A model generated the notes under the pieces. That model was not told where the DNA came from. It searched no databases and saw only the letters and a program-made list of their open reading frames with translations. A DNA stretch of 64,000 nt from an uncultured Gemmatimonadales bacterium. Its GTDB lineage: Bacteria; Gemmatimonadota; Gemmatimonadetes; Gemmatimonadales; Gemmatimonadaceae. The position numbers and the translations under genes are program-made. Numbering within the stretch: position 1 is the first letter of the stretch; each line of letters begins with the position of its first letter. The stretch is taken from assembly GCA_963701965.1 (NCBI GenBank), contig OY969695.1, positions 3,808,001 through 3,872,000 on the forward strand, given 5' to 3'. Below are positions 38,483 through 47,786 of the stretch, piece by piece.

Positions 38483-40048
38483 ATGTCGTCGGCTTTTGCC
38501 GCGCGGTCGGATGGTGCGGGTAACGGTGATCTGCCAATGAGTGAGGCGTCTTCGGCGCCGGCCGCGGGTAGCGGTCGGGAGACGCTGACCATCGCCCCCG
38601 AGGTCAAGGCGAGTCTCCGCCTCCTCCTCGTGGACGATGACCGCACCTTGCGAGAAGGGTGCCTCAGCGTCCTGCAGATCGACGGGTACAACGTCACGGC
38701 TACCGGGCGGGGGGACGAGGCCATCGATCTGGTCAAACGCCGCCGGTTCGACATCATCCTCGTCGACCTGTATCTGACGCCCCTCTCCGGTCTCGACATC
38801 CTGGCGGCGGCGCTGGAAGCCCACAAGGACACGATCGTCATCGTCATGACGGGCAATCCCAGCGTCACGTCGAGCATCGAGGCGCTGCGGGCCGGCGCCT
38901 GGGACTACCTCCCCAAGCCGTTCTCGGCGTCCCACCTGCAGATTCTCATCGGGCGCGCGTCCCATGCCGTCGCCGTCGCCCGCGAGACGCGCGATCTGCG
39001 CGCCAAGCTGGTCGAGCAGAGCAGCAACTCCGACCGCATCACGTTGCTGGGGATTTCGCCCGCGTTCCGCCAGGCGGTCGATCTGGCGCGCCGCGTCGCC
39101 GCCACCGATGCCTCGGTCATGATCAGCGGCGAGTCGGGCACGGGCAAGGAGCTGATCGCCCAGTTCATTCACCGGCACAGCCGCCGGGCCAGCCGCAAGC
39201 TGGTGCCGATCAACTGCGCCGCCCTCCCCGAACCGCTGCTCGAGTCGGAGATGTTCGGCCATCGCAAGGGATCGTTCACGGGGGCGGACCGCGACAAGCC
39301 GGGGCTCCTGGAGACGGCCAACGGCGGCACGCTCTTTCTCGACGAGCTGACGGAGATGTCGCATCCGCTCCAAGCCAAGCTGCTCCGCGTCCTGCAGGAC
39401 GGCGTCGTGCGCCGCGTGGGCAGCGAGCAACAGGATGCGGTCGTCGACGTCCGCTTCATCTCGGCGACCAACCGGGAGCCGCAGGACGCGGTCAACGCCG
39501 GCATCCTCCGCGAGGATCTCTTCTATCGCCTCCGCGTCGTGCCGATCAAGTTGCCCCCGCTGCGGAAGCGCCTCGAGGACATCCCGTTGCTGGCGAACCA
39601 CTTCCTCACCCATTACTGGGAGCGGCACCGCGAGCAGGGCGAGCCGATGCCCAAGCTCACGGAGGCGGCGGTCGAGCTGCTGCGTTCCCGGCCGTGGCGG
39701 GGGAACGTGCGCGAGCTGCAAAACGTCATCGAGCACGTTGCGGTCATCATCGAGCCGGGCAAGCCGATCCGGGCCGAGGACATTCCCTTGCTGGATGAAT
39801 CCGCGACGGCCGCCGGGCCCGTATCCGACGGCGGGATGCCCCCGGCCATCATGACGGATGCCTATCATCTGGCCAAGGAAAAGTTGGTGGCCCATTTCGA
39901 GAAGGAGTACTTGCAGCGGCTCGTGGTGCGCGCCGGCGGCAACATGTCGCGCGCGGCGCGCCTGGCGAGCATTGACCGCACGACGCTGTATCGCCTGATG
40001 GAAAAGCACGGGTTCCGCCGGGATGAGTTGGCTGGAACGCTCGAGTGA
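38483..40048 (+). CDS. Sigma54-dependent NtrC-family response regulator (REC-AAA+-Fis HTH)
   Basis: LLVDDD, GESGTGKE, ESEMFGH.KGSFTGA, LFLDE, WRGNVRELQN, GN.S.AARL..IDR.TLYRL. GGAG RBS before ATG 38483. Confidence 0.93.
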   Translation: MSSAFAARSDGAGNGDLPMSEASSAPAAGSGRETLTIAPEVKASLRLLLVDDDRTLREGCLSVLQIDGYNVTATGRGDEAIDLVKRRRFDIILVDLYLTPLSGLDILAAALEAHKDTIVIVMTGNPSVTSSIEALRAGAWDYLPKPFSASHLQILIGRASHAVAVARETRDLRAKLVEQSSNSDRITLLGISPAFRQAVDLARRVAATDASVMISGESGTGKELIAQFIHRHSRRASRKLVPINCAALPEPLLESEMFGHRKGSFTGADRDKPGLLETANGGTLFLDELTEMSHPLQAKLLRVLQDGVVRRVGSEQQDAVVDVRFISATNREPQDAVNAGILREDLFYRLRVVPIKLPPLRKRLEDIPLLANHFLTHYWERHREQGEPMPKLTEAAVELLRSRPWRGNVRELQNVIEHVAVIIEPGKPIRAEDIPLLDESATAAGPVSDGGMPPAIMTDAYHLAKEKLVAHFEKEYLQRLVVRAGGNMSRAARLASIDRTTLYRLMEKHGFRRDELAGTLE

Positions 40049-41118
40049 CGGTGATGGCGTCGCTTCGTGACACCGCGCCTTCGGTTGGCGGCATCCTTGC
40101 GCAAGCAGCCGAGCGCGCTGCGGCGGCCTGGGTCCCGCGCGACGAGGACGGCGGCGTCACGGCCGAGGAGCTCCGGTCGCCGCTGCGCATCCTGTGCGAC
40201 GCGGCGGAGCGCGTGGCTGTGGGAGGGGGCGAGCGCGTCGGCGCCCTGCCGACGACCGTGCCGGCGCGCCGGCTGCTGGAATGCCTCCGCCGGTGCCTGC
40301 TCGAGGGTGCGGCCGCGGGCGATTGGTCGCCGGAGGACGCCGTGGCGGCCTGCCTCGCCGTGGAGCGCGTCCAGGCGCTGATCGATGCCGATGCCGCCCA
40401 GAAGTTCGCCGACCGGCTGACCGGCGCCGACGCGTTGCCGTTGGTCGTGGAAGTCGCGCACGACATGCGGTCGCCGCTGGCCTCGATCCTCTTTCTGGCC
40501 GAGCGGTTGCGGAACGACCAGAGCGGGCCGCTGACGCCGATCCAGGAGCGCCAGCTTGGTCTCATCTATAGCGCGGCGTTCGGACTGAGCGCGCTGGCTG
40601 GGGACGTCATCGAGCTGGCCCGGGGCGGCGACTGGCTCATGGACCAGGATCCGATTCCGTTCTCGGTCGCCGACATCCTGCGCTCCGTGGGCGCCATCGT
40701 CCAGCCGATCGCCGAAGAGAAGAAGCTGGACGTGCGCCTCAAGTCGCCGGATGCCGACGCCCGCGTCGGCTATCCCGCCGCGCTCAATCGCGTGCTGCTC
40801 AATCTGACGACGAACGCGCTCAAGTTCACCGCCGAGGGCTTCGTCGAGGTGACGGCACGACCGCGTTCGCGCACGCGCCTGGAGTTCTCCGTGCAGGACT
40901 CCGGCCGCGGCATTCCGCCGCAGGTCATGGACACGCTGTTCGACGCGTTCCGTCGCCGGCAGCGCCCGGGCGATTACACGTTCTCCAGCGCCGGGTTGGG
41001 TCTCGCCATCTGCCGCAAGTTGGTGGACGCCATGGACGGTGAGCTCGCCGTCGAGACATCGGACAAGGGCACCCGGTTCTACTTCGAGCTCGACCTCCCT
41101 TTCGCCTCCAAGATGTGA
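40045..41118 (+). CDS. Cytoplasmic histidine kinase (HisKA + HATPase)
   Basis: AHDMRSPL H-box, NL.TNALKFT N-box, DSG.GI G1, GLGLAIC G2; no TM segment. Confidence 0.9.
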   Translation: MTVMASLRDTAPSVGGILAQAAERAAAAWVPRDEDGGVTAEELRSPLRILCDAAERVAVGGGERVGALPTTVPARRLLECLRRCLLEGAAAGDWSPEDAVAACLAVERVQALIDADAAQKFADRLTGADALPLVVEVAHDMRSPLASILFLAERLRNDQSGPLTPIQERQLGLIYSAAFGLSALAGDVIELARGGDWLMDQDPIPFSVADILRSVGAIVQPIAEEKKLDVRLKSPDADARVGYPAALNRVLLNLTTNALKFTAEGFVEVTARPRSRTRLEFSVQDSGRGIPPQVMDTLFDAFRRRQRPGDYTFSSAGLGLAICRKLVDAMDGELAVETSDKGTRFYFELDLPFASKM

Positions 41119-41579
41119 AATACTGGCTCTTCAAGTCCGAGCCCTCCGCGTTCTCCTGGGACGATCTGTGGCGGGCACCGCGCCGGACCACCTCGTGGGA
41201 GGGCGTGCGCAATTTCACCGCGCGGAACTTCCTGCGCGACGAGATCCAAGTTGGGGATCCGGTGTTCTTTTACCATTCCAGCGCCGACCCCACGGCCATC
41301 GTCGGCATCTGCGAAGTGGTCCGCGCCGGGTACCCGGACGCGACGGCCTTCGACCCGAAGGACGATCACTACGATCCCAAGAGCCGCCGCGAGGCGCCGA
41401 CGTGGTACACGGTCGACATCCGGGCGGAGCGGCCCGCGGACCGGCCGATTCCGCTGGCCGAGCTCCGGACCGTCAAGGGATTGGCCGGGATGGTGCTGCT
41501 CCAGAAAGGCAGCCGGCTCTCCGTGCAACCGGTCACAAAGGGTGAGTGGGCGACCATCGGCCGGTTAGGTTTCCGATAG
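41115..41579 (+). CDS. EVE domain protein
   Basis: YWLFKSEP..FSWDDL, WEGVRN..ARN, FFYHS, SRLSVQPV. Confidence 0.92.
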   Translation: MKYWLFKSEPSAFSWDDLWRAPRRTTSWEGVRNFTARNFLRDEIQVGDPVFFYHSSADPTAIVGICEVVRAGYPDATAFDPKDDHYDPKSRREAPTWYTVDIRAERPADRPIPLAELRTVKGLAGMVLLQKGSRLSVQPVTKGEWATIGRLGFR

Positions 41580-41601
41580 GCTTTCACGAGAGATCCGAGC
41601 A

Positions 41602-42876
41602 ATGACTGAAACCAAAACGGCCGCGGCCGAACTGGACGTGACGGATACCCGCACCGGGACCGCGTACGCCCTCAAGATCACCGACAGCGCCATTCGGGCG
41701 ACGGACCTCAAAGGCGGCCTCGTCAGCTACGACCCGGCGTTCCTCAACACCGCGGCGTGCCGCAGCGCGATCACCTATATCGACGGCGAGAAGGGCATTC
41801 TCCGCTATCGGGGCTATCCGATCGAGCAACTCGCCGAAAAGGCGAGCTTTCTGGAAGTCGCCTGGCTCCTGAGAAACGGAGAGCTGCCGACCCAGGCCGA
41901 ATACAATACGTTCGTGCACGACGTCACCTATCACACGATGGTGCACGAGAATCTCCGCACGTTCCTGCAGGGATTCCGCTACGACGCGCACCCCATGTCG
42001 ATGCTGTGCAGCGCCGTGGCCGCGCTGTCGTCGTTCTATCCGGAATCGAAGGAGATCTTCGATCCGCAGCAGCGCTACATGTCGATGATCCGTTTGATCG
42101 CCAAGGTTCCGACGATCGCGGCCTTCATCTATCGGCACATGAAAGGGCTGCCCTACGTCTATCCGGACAACGACCTCTCGTACAGCGAGAACTTCCTGTC
42201 GATGGTCGCCCGCATGAGCGAGTCCAAGTATCAGTCGAAGCCGGAGTTCACGCGGGCCATCGAGATCCTGTTCATCCTGCACGCGGACCACGAGCAGAAC
42301 TGCTCCACGAACGCCGTGCGCGCCGTCGGCTCGTCGCACGTCGATCCGTTCTCGGCCCTGTCCGCGGGTATCGCGGCGTTGTATGGCCCGCTGCATGGCG
42401 GCGCCAATGAAGCCGTGCTGCGGATGATCGAGGAGATCGGCGACATCAAGAACGTCCCGGCGTTCATCGAGAACGTGAAGAAAGGCTCGGGACGGCTCAT
42501 GGGCTTTGGCCATCGCGTCTACAAGAGCTACGACCCGCGGGCCAAGATCGTGAAGAAGCTCGCCGACGAAGTGCTGGCGTCGGTCGGCGTCGACAAGGAT
42601 ATGGCCATCGCGATGGAGCTGGAGCGCATCGCGCTCCAGGACGACTACTTCGTCTCCCGCAAGCTGTATCCCAACGTCGATTTCTACACGGGACTGATCT
42701 ATCGGGCGATGAAGTTCCCGACGTCGTTCTTCACCGTGTTGTTCGCGATCGCCCGCACGACGGGCTGGCTGGCGCAGTGGGAAGAGGGCTTGCTGGACAA
42801 GGAGCAGAAGATCGCGCGACCCAAGCAGATCTACACGGGCTACGCTGAGCGTCAGTATGCGAGGAAGGTCAAGTAA
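41602..42876 (+). CDS. gltA: Citrate synthase
   Basis: YDP.F.NTA.C.S.ITYIDG.KG.L.YRGY, HADHEQNCST, GPLHGGANE, LMGFGHRVYK, YPNVDFY. Confidence 0.96.
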   Translation: MTETKTAAAELDVTDTRTGTAYALKITDSAIRATDLKGGLVSYDPAFLNTAACRSAITYIDGEKGILRYRGYPIEQLAEKASFLEVAWLLRNGELPTQAEYNTFVHDVTYHTMVHENLRTFLQGFRYDAHPMSMLCSAVAALSSFYPESKEIFDPQQRYMSMIRLIAKVPTIAAFIYRHMKGLPYVYPDNDLSYSENFLSMVARMSESKYQSKPEFTRAIEILFILHADHEQNCSTNAVRAVGSSHVDPFSALSAGIAALYGPLHGGANEAVLRMIEEIGDIKNVPAFIENVKKGSGRLMGFGHRVYKSYDPRAKIVKKLADEVLASVGVDKDMAIAMELERIALQDDYFVSRKLYPNVDFYTGLIYRAMKFPTSFFTVLFAIARTTGWLAQWEEGLLDKEQKIARPKQIYTGYAERQYARKVK

Positions 42877-43819
42877 CGGTCCGTGACTCTCCCGTAAATC
42901 CCAAGCGTTCCTGGACGACGTACAAGGGCCGGCGTTTGACTTCACCGTAAATCCGGCCCACGTACTCGCCAATCATGCCCACGGAGATGAGCTGGATGCC
43001 GCCGACGAACAGGATCGCCACGAAGGTGGCGGCCCAGCCGGCGACCCAGTGTCGCGTCAGCAGCCGGACGCCGATCGCGTAGGCGATCCCGCCCAGGGCG
43101 ATCACCGACGAGGCGAATCCCAGCAGCGTCGCCAGCCGGAGTGGACGAATCGAAAACGACGTGATGCCGTCGATCGCGAATCGCATCATCTTCCACAGCG
43201 GGTACTTGCTCTCGCCGGCCTCGCGCGGCGCCCGGGCATAGGTCACGGCGACCTGGCGAAACCCGACCCAGCTCACCATGCCGCGGACGAACCGGTCGCG
43301 CTCGGGCATCGCCCGCAACGCCTCGACGACCCGGCGATCCATCAGGCGAAAATCGCCGGTATCGATGGGGATTTCCGTGTCGGTGAGCTGATTCAGTAAC
43401 CGATAGAACACGGCGGCGGTCCAGCGCTTGAACGCCGTCTCCCCGTCGCGCCACTGACGCACCCCGTAGGCGACGTGATATCCCTCGCGCCATTGGGCCA
43501 GCATCTCGGTCATGACCTCCGGCGGATCCTGCAGATCCGCATCGATCACGACGACGACGTCGCCCAGCGCCTCCTCGACGCCGGCGGTCACCGCCATCTG
43601 GTGGCCGAAATTGCGCGAGAACCGGAGCACGCGGACCCGCGGATCGTCGCGCTGGATCTCCCGCAAGACCTCGAGCGTGCGGTCGCGGCTGCCATCATCG
43701 ACGTAGATGATCTCGCTTTCCAACCCCTCGAGTCCGTCAACGACGGCGCGCAGTCGTTGGTGCGTTCTCGGCAGTACGTCTTGTTCGTTGAACGCGGGGA
43801 CCACGATCGAGAGCAGCAT
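42869..43819 (-). CDS. GtrB/ArnC-like polyprenol-phosphate glycosyltransferase (GT2)
   Basis: SIVVP.FNE, FSRNFGHQ.A, DADLQDPPE, GDFRLMDR, two C-terminal TMs, GEYVGRIY.EVK.RP.Y. Confidence 0.92.
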   Translation of the reverse strand: MLLSIVVPAFNEQDVLPRTHQRLRAVVDGLEGLESEIIYVDDGSRDRTLEVLREIQRDDPRVRVLRFSRNFGHQMAVTAGVEEALGDVVVVIDADLQDPPEVMTEMLAQWREGYHVAYGVRQWRDGETAFKRWTAAVFYRLLNQLTDTEIPIDTGDFRLMDRRVVEALRAMPERDRFVRGMVSWVGFRQVAVTYARAPREAGESKYPLWKMMRFAIDGITSFSIRPLRLATLLGFASSVIALGGIAYAIGVRLLTRHWVAGWAATFVAILFVGGIQLISVGMIGEYVGRIYGEVKRRPLYVVQERLGFTGESRTVT

Positions 43820-43896
43820 TGTCACTCCAGTGTATCGCCAATGTGGCAATGGCTCAACAGTGGCAATGTCTCGCCGCCGGTACGATCGTTCATCGA

Positions 43897-45465
43897 ATGT
43901 CATCGCCCGTCCCGTCGATGTCATTGGCGGCAGCGCCGAGGCGTCTGCTTGGCTTTGCCGCGCTGCTCGCGCTCCTGCTATTGCTACCCACGCTGAGCTA
44001 TGGCCTCGGCTTCGACCACGGGTTCATGCAATACATTGGGCGCGGCATTCTGCGTGGCGAATGGCCCTACGCCAACGCGTTCGACACATTGTTTCCCGCG
44101 ATCTATCTGCTGCACATGACGGTGATCGCGATCGGCGGCCAGTCCGTGCTCGCGCTCCGCGTCGCCGATCTCCTCATCCAGATCGCCAACGCGCTGCTGC
44201 TGTTCACGCTCGCGCGCCGCATTGGCGGCGCCCGCGCCGGTTTCGTCGCCGTGGCGATCTACACGATCGCCTACACCAACGGTACCTACTACCATACGGC
44301 CGAGCGCGACAGTTTTCTCACGCCGTTGCTGCTGGCCGCGGTGTGGGGAGTGTGGCGCTTTCTCGAGACGCCGGCGCGCCGCGGGCCCCTGATCTGGGGC
44401 GCCGCCTGTGCCGGACTGGCTTGCCTCTTTCGCCCGACGTACGCGCTGGTGGTGGCCCTGGCCGCGCTCGCGCTCCTGCGGCGACAGCCCCGGAAAAGCG
44501 ACGCGGTCACTTTCGCGGGGGTCGCCGCGGTCCCGATTCTCGCTTTTCTCATCGTGTATCTGGTTTCGGGTCATCGCCAAGCCCTCGCCGATCTCTTCAC
44601 CTACCTGACCACGGTCTACGTCCTGGTCGAACGCAAGACAAAGACCGTCGTGCTCATGGCACTCTGGCGAAACGTGCCCCTCGTGGCGTGGATCGGCACC
44701 GCGCTCGCCGTGGTCGGGGCGTGGAGCGGCGCCTGGCGGACGCGCCGGCGCGAGCTGTGGACGATCGTGGGCCTCTTCCTCGCCTGCGTACTGGTGCGGC
44801 TGTGGGAGTCCAAGGGCTACCGGTACCAGTATTGGCCGTGTGTCGCGTCGCTCAGCATCGTCGCCGCGCTGGGATGGGACTGGGCCGTCACGGTGCCGCC
44901 GCGGGTCGCCGCGGCCGCCGTGCTCGTCGGGGTCCTCGCCGCGGAAATGGGGCGCACCGGTCTCGCGCGCTACGCCACGATGTGGCCCGACGTCGCTCCG
45001 ACCGGCTCCGCGGCGTTCACCCACATGGTCTCCGACAGCCGCGACCAAGCGGCGCTGGCCGAGTATTTGACCGCGCACACCGGACCGGATGACCGTATTC
45101 AGATGTGGGGCCCGGAGACGATTGCGCTCTTCGCCACTGGACGCACCTCCGCGACGCGATTCATCGACTCGTTCATGTTCGTGTGTCAAGATCCCAAGGA
45201 CTCGCACCACATGCTCCTGTTCACCGACTGTGGTCCGGGGTGGAACAAACCCGTGCAAGTGGCGTTCCGCCGCGAGCTCATGGAGCAGTTGAACGCGCGC
45301 CCGCCGCTCTACATCGGCGCCCATTACGCCGATGGCACCATGGCCATTGACACGACGTACAGCATCGCGCCGGACTTGCCCGAATTGCGCGCGCTGATCG
45401 ACCAGCGCTACGTGCGCGAGGCCACGTTCGGCCCCTGGTCGGCATTCCGCCGCACGGACCGCTAG
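43897..45465 (+). CDS. GT-C fold (ArnT-like) membrane glycosyltransferase
   Basis: D...Y.G..IL.G..PY...FD...P, multiple TMs, C-terminal soluble domain with PP.YI. Start uncertain. Confidence 0.75.
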   Translation: MSSPVPSMSLAAAPRRLLGFAALLALLLLLPTLSYGLGFDHGFMQYIGRGILRGEWPYANAFDTLFPAIYLLHMTVIAIGGQSVLALRVADLLIQIANALLLFTLARRIGGARAGFVAVAIYTIAYTNGTYYHTAERDSFLTPLLLAAVWGVWRFLETPARRGPLIWGAACAGLACLFRPTYALVVALAALALLRRQPRKSDAVTFAGVAAVPILAFLIVYLVSGHRQALADLFTYLTTVYVLVERKTKTVVLMALWRNVPLVAWIGTALAVVGAWSGAWRTRRRELWTIVGLFLACVLVRLWESKGYRYQYWPCVASLSIVAALGWDWAVTVPPRVAAAAVLVGVLAAEMGRTGLARYATMWPDVAPTGSAAFTHMVSDSRDQAALAEYLTAHTGPDDRIQMWGPETIALFATGRTSATRFIDSFMFVCQDPKDSHHMLLFTDCGPGWNKPVQVAFRRELMEQLNARPPLYIGAHYADGTMAIDTTYSIAPDLPELRALIDQRYVREATFGPWSAFRRTDR

Positions 45466-47099
45466 TGCGCCGCCTCTCGCTCGGCGTCATCCTGTCTTTG
45501 CTGGCGCTGGGCGCCGCCGTCGACGCCATCGATCTGTGGCGGCCGATCGATGGCTCGTCGCGGGAATTGTTTCGCGAATGCGACATGGGCGGGATCGCGC
45601 GCAACTATGCCCGCGAAGGCATGCACTTGCTCTATCCGCGGATCGACTGGCGGGGTGACGGGCCAGGATACGTGGAGATGGAGTTCCCGATCTACCCGTA
45701 CGCGATCGCGATCGGGTACCGCGCGCTGGGGATTCACGCGCAAATCGGCCGGGTGATCACGTACGCCGTGTCGCTGGTGACCCTCGGGCTCTTCATCGCG
45801 CTCGCGACGTACCTGCTGCCGCCCGTGGGCGCGGTCACGGCCACGCTGTTCTTCATCATCGATCCGTTGACCGTGCGGTTGGCGAACGCGATCCAGCCCG
45901 AGCCGCTCATGCTGCTCGGCTACATCGGTGCCGTCTACACGTACCTCCGATGGCTCGACGAGGATACCTGGTGGTGGTACGGGTGGGCGCTGTTCCTGAC
46001 GTCGCTCGCGGTGCTGGCCAAAGCGCCCGCGGCCCACGTGGGACTCGTGTTTCTGGCGCTGACGGTCTGGCGACGGGGATGGCGCGCCTTCCTGCGCCCA
46101 CGCCTCTGGATCTTGGGAATCGCGGCGCTGGTTCCGCCCGCCCTCTGGTACTGGCACGCCCACCAGTTCTATCTCACCTACGGCAATTCGCTGGGCGCAT
46201 CGAACCACCAACACTTCACGGGGCTCAAAGTGCTCACCGAGTCCCGCTACGTCACCGGCATCGCGCGGATCGAGATGTCGCTGGTGTGGATGTCGTCGGG
46301 TTTGCTGGCCGTGGCGATGGCGTTGGCGCTCGGTCTCCGGTCACGCGCTTTCACGTGTGGACTCCTGTGGTACGCCGCGATCCTGATCTACTACCTGCTG
46401 ATCGCGGGCACGAGCGCCGAGACGTGGGCATCGTACTATCACATCGTGTCCGTGCCGCCCGCCGCGCTCCTCATCGGCGCCGCGGCCGCGGCCGTGGTCG
46501 AGCGCCTGCGGAGTCGCCAAGCGCCGCGCCTCGCCGTCCCCCGCCTGGCCTGGGCGATGGTCGTGCTCCTCTGCGTCGCGGCCGTCCAGCAGGTGCTTCG
46601 TCCCGGCACGCCAATCGCGCCGTTGGGAGTCGCCGCGCTGGTTGGAGCGCTGGTTCTGATTGCGCGGCGCGCCGCGGGCGCTGCCGCGCTGGCCGCCCTG
46701 GCCTGCCTGACGATGCTGGCGCCGGTGTCCGCGTTGCGCCAAACAGTGAGCGAGATCCATCCCCACCGATTCGAGCCGCAATACGAGACCGCGAAGGCAT
46801 TTGCGCCGCTCATTCCGCCGGGCGTCCTCATCGCCGTGAGTGGAGAGGCCTGCGTGAGCAAAGACGAGTCGGCGTACAACAGCCCGTGGTATCTGTACTG
46901 GACGGACCACAAGGGCTTCACGCCCTGCGTGCAGGATCACACGATCCCCGTCGTCCGCGCGCTCGAGGCGCGCGGCGCCCGCTATTTCATCGCGGACCGT
47001 GCCGCGCTCGCCGCCCAGCCGGGATTCGAGGCCGAGATGCGGCGGGCATTCACGGTGGAATCGGAGACGAGCGAGGCGGTGCTGTTCAAGTTGGACTGA
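45465..47099 (+). CDS. GT-C fold (PMT_2/ArnT-like) membrane glycosyltransferase
   Basis: R..D...IARNY......LLYP.IDW.G, EFP.Y, R, PE, L.K motifs, multiple TMs. Confidence 0.8.
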   Translation: MRRLSLGVILSLLALGAAVDAIDLWRPIDGSSRELFRECDMGGIARNYAREGMHLLYPRIDWRGDGPGYVEMEFPIYPYAIAIGYRALGIHAQIGRVITYAVSLVTLGLFIALATYLLPPVGAVTATLFFIIDPLTVRLANAIQPEPLMLLGYIGAVYTYLRWLDEDTWWWYGWALFLTSLAVLAKAPAAHVGLVFLALTVWRRGWRAFLRPRLWILGIAALVPPALWYWHAHQFYLTYGNSLGASNHQHFTGLKVLTESRYVTGIARIEMSLVWMSSGLLAVAMALALGLRSRAFTCGLLWYAAILIYYLLIAGTSAETWASYYHIVSVPPAALLIGAAAAAVVERLRSRQAPRLAVPRLAWAMVVLLCVAAVQQVLRPGTPIAPLGVAALVGALVLIARRAAGAAALAALACLTMLAPVSALRQTVSEIHPHRFEPQYETAKAFAPLIPPGVLIAVSGEACVSKDESAYNSPWYLYWTDHKGFTPCVQDHTIPVVRALEARGARYFIADRAALAAQPGFEAEMRRAFTVESETSEAVLFKLD

Positions 47100-47742
47100 C
47101 CGCGTACGTCGCGCAGACGCCCCGCACGGGGCAGCGAGGGCAGTGGCGGACGCGCGCCGTGCAGACGAGGGCGCCCAGCTCCATGAGCGCTTGATTGTGC
47201 GTGTAGGCGACGCGGCCGCTTCGCGGCAGCGTCGCTGTCGCGAGCCCCCAGGCGGCCCGGCGGCCGGCGGCACTCCGCGGGTCCAACCGGGGCCGAAAGA
47301 CACGCAGCAGGACGCGGGCGACGTTGGTGTCCACGAGGGGTGCCGGGCGCTCGTAGGCGAACAATGCCACGGCGCCGGCCGTGTAGGCCCCGATCCCCGG
47401 CAATGCTGCCAGCGCCCGCGGATCGTCCGGCAGGGGGCCGTCGATCTGGCGGGCCAGCTTGTGGAGATTGCGGGCGCGGGCATAGTACCCGAGACCCTGC
47501 CACGCTTCGGCGACCGCCCGCGGCGTGGCCTTGGCGACGCTGGCGAGCGTCGGATAGCGCGTCAGAAAAACCGGGTAGTAGAGCAGGACGCGGGCGACCT
47601 GCGTCTGCTGGAGCATCAGTTCGGAGACGAGCACCTGATAGGGATCGCGGGTCCGACGCCACGGCAAGTCCCGCCCGACCCGCCGGTACCATGCCCGCAG
47701 TCGCCGTCCAAAGACGCGGGCGTGTGTCGCGTCGAATTTCAT
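47086..47742 (-). CDS. mutY: A/G-specific adenine glycosylase, short form without C-terminal NUDIX-like domain
   Basis: RDLPWR, VSE.MLQQTQV, W.GLGYY.RARNL, LPGIG.YTA, VDTNV.R, C-x6-C-x2-C-x5-C. Confidence 0.9.
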   Translation of the reverse strand: MKFDATHARVFGRRLRAWYRRVGRDLPWRRTRDPYQVLVSELMLQQTQVARVLLYYPVFLTRYPTLASVAKATPRAVAEAWQGLGYYARARNLHKLARQIDGPLPDDPRALAALPGIGAYTAGAVALFAYERPAPLVDTNVARVLLRVFRPRLDPRSAAGRRAAWGLATATLPRSGRVAYTHNQALMELGALVCTARVRHCPRCPVRGVCATYAVSPT

Positions 47743-47786
47743 AGTCGTCTCTCGAATAGCTATATACTTATCGCGGCCAAAACCTA

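Noticed and set aside
4576..40048. Complete PEP-CTERM/exosortase system
   Set aside because: Several genes resemble those loci, but no exosortase or PEP-CTERM tail is visible in the window.
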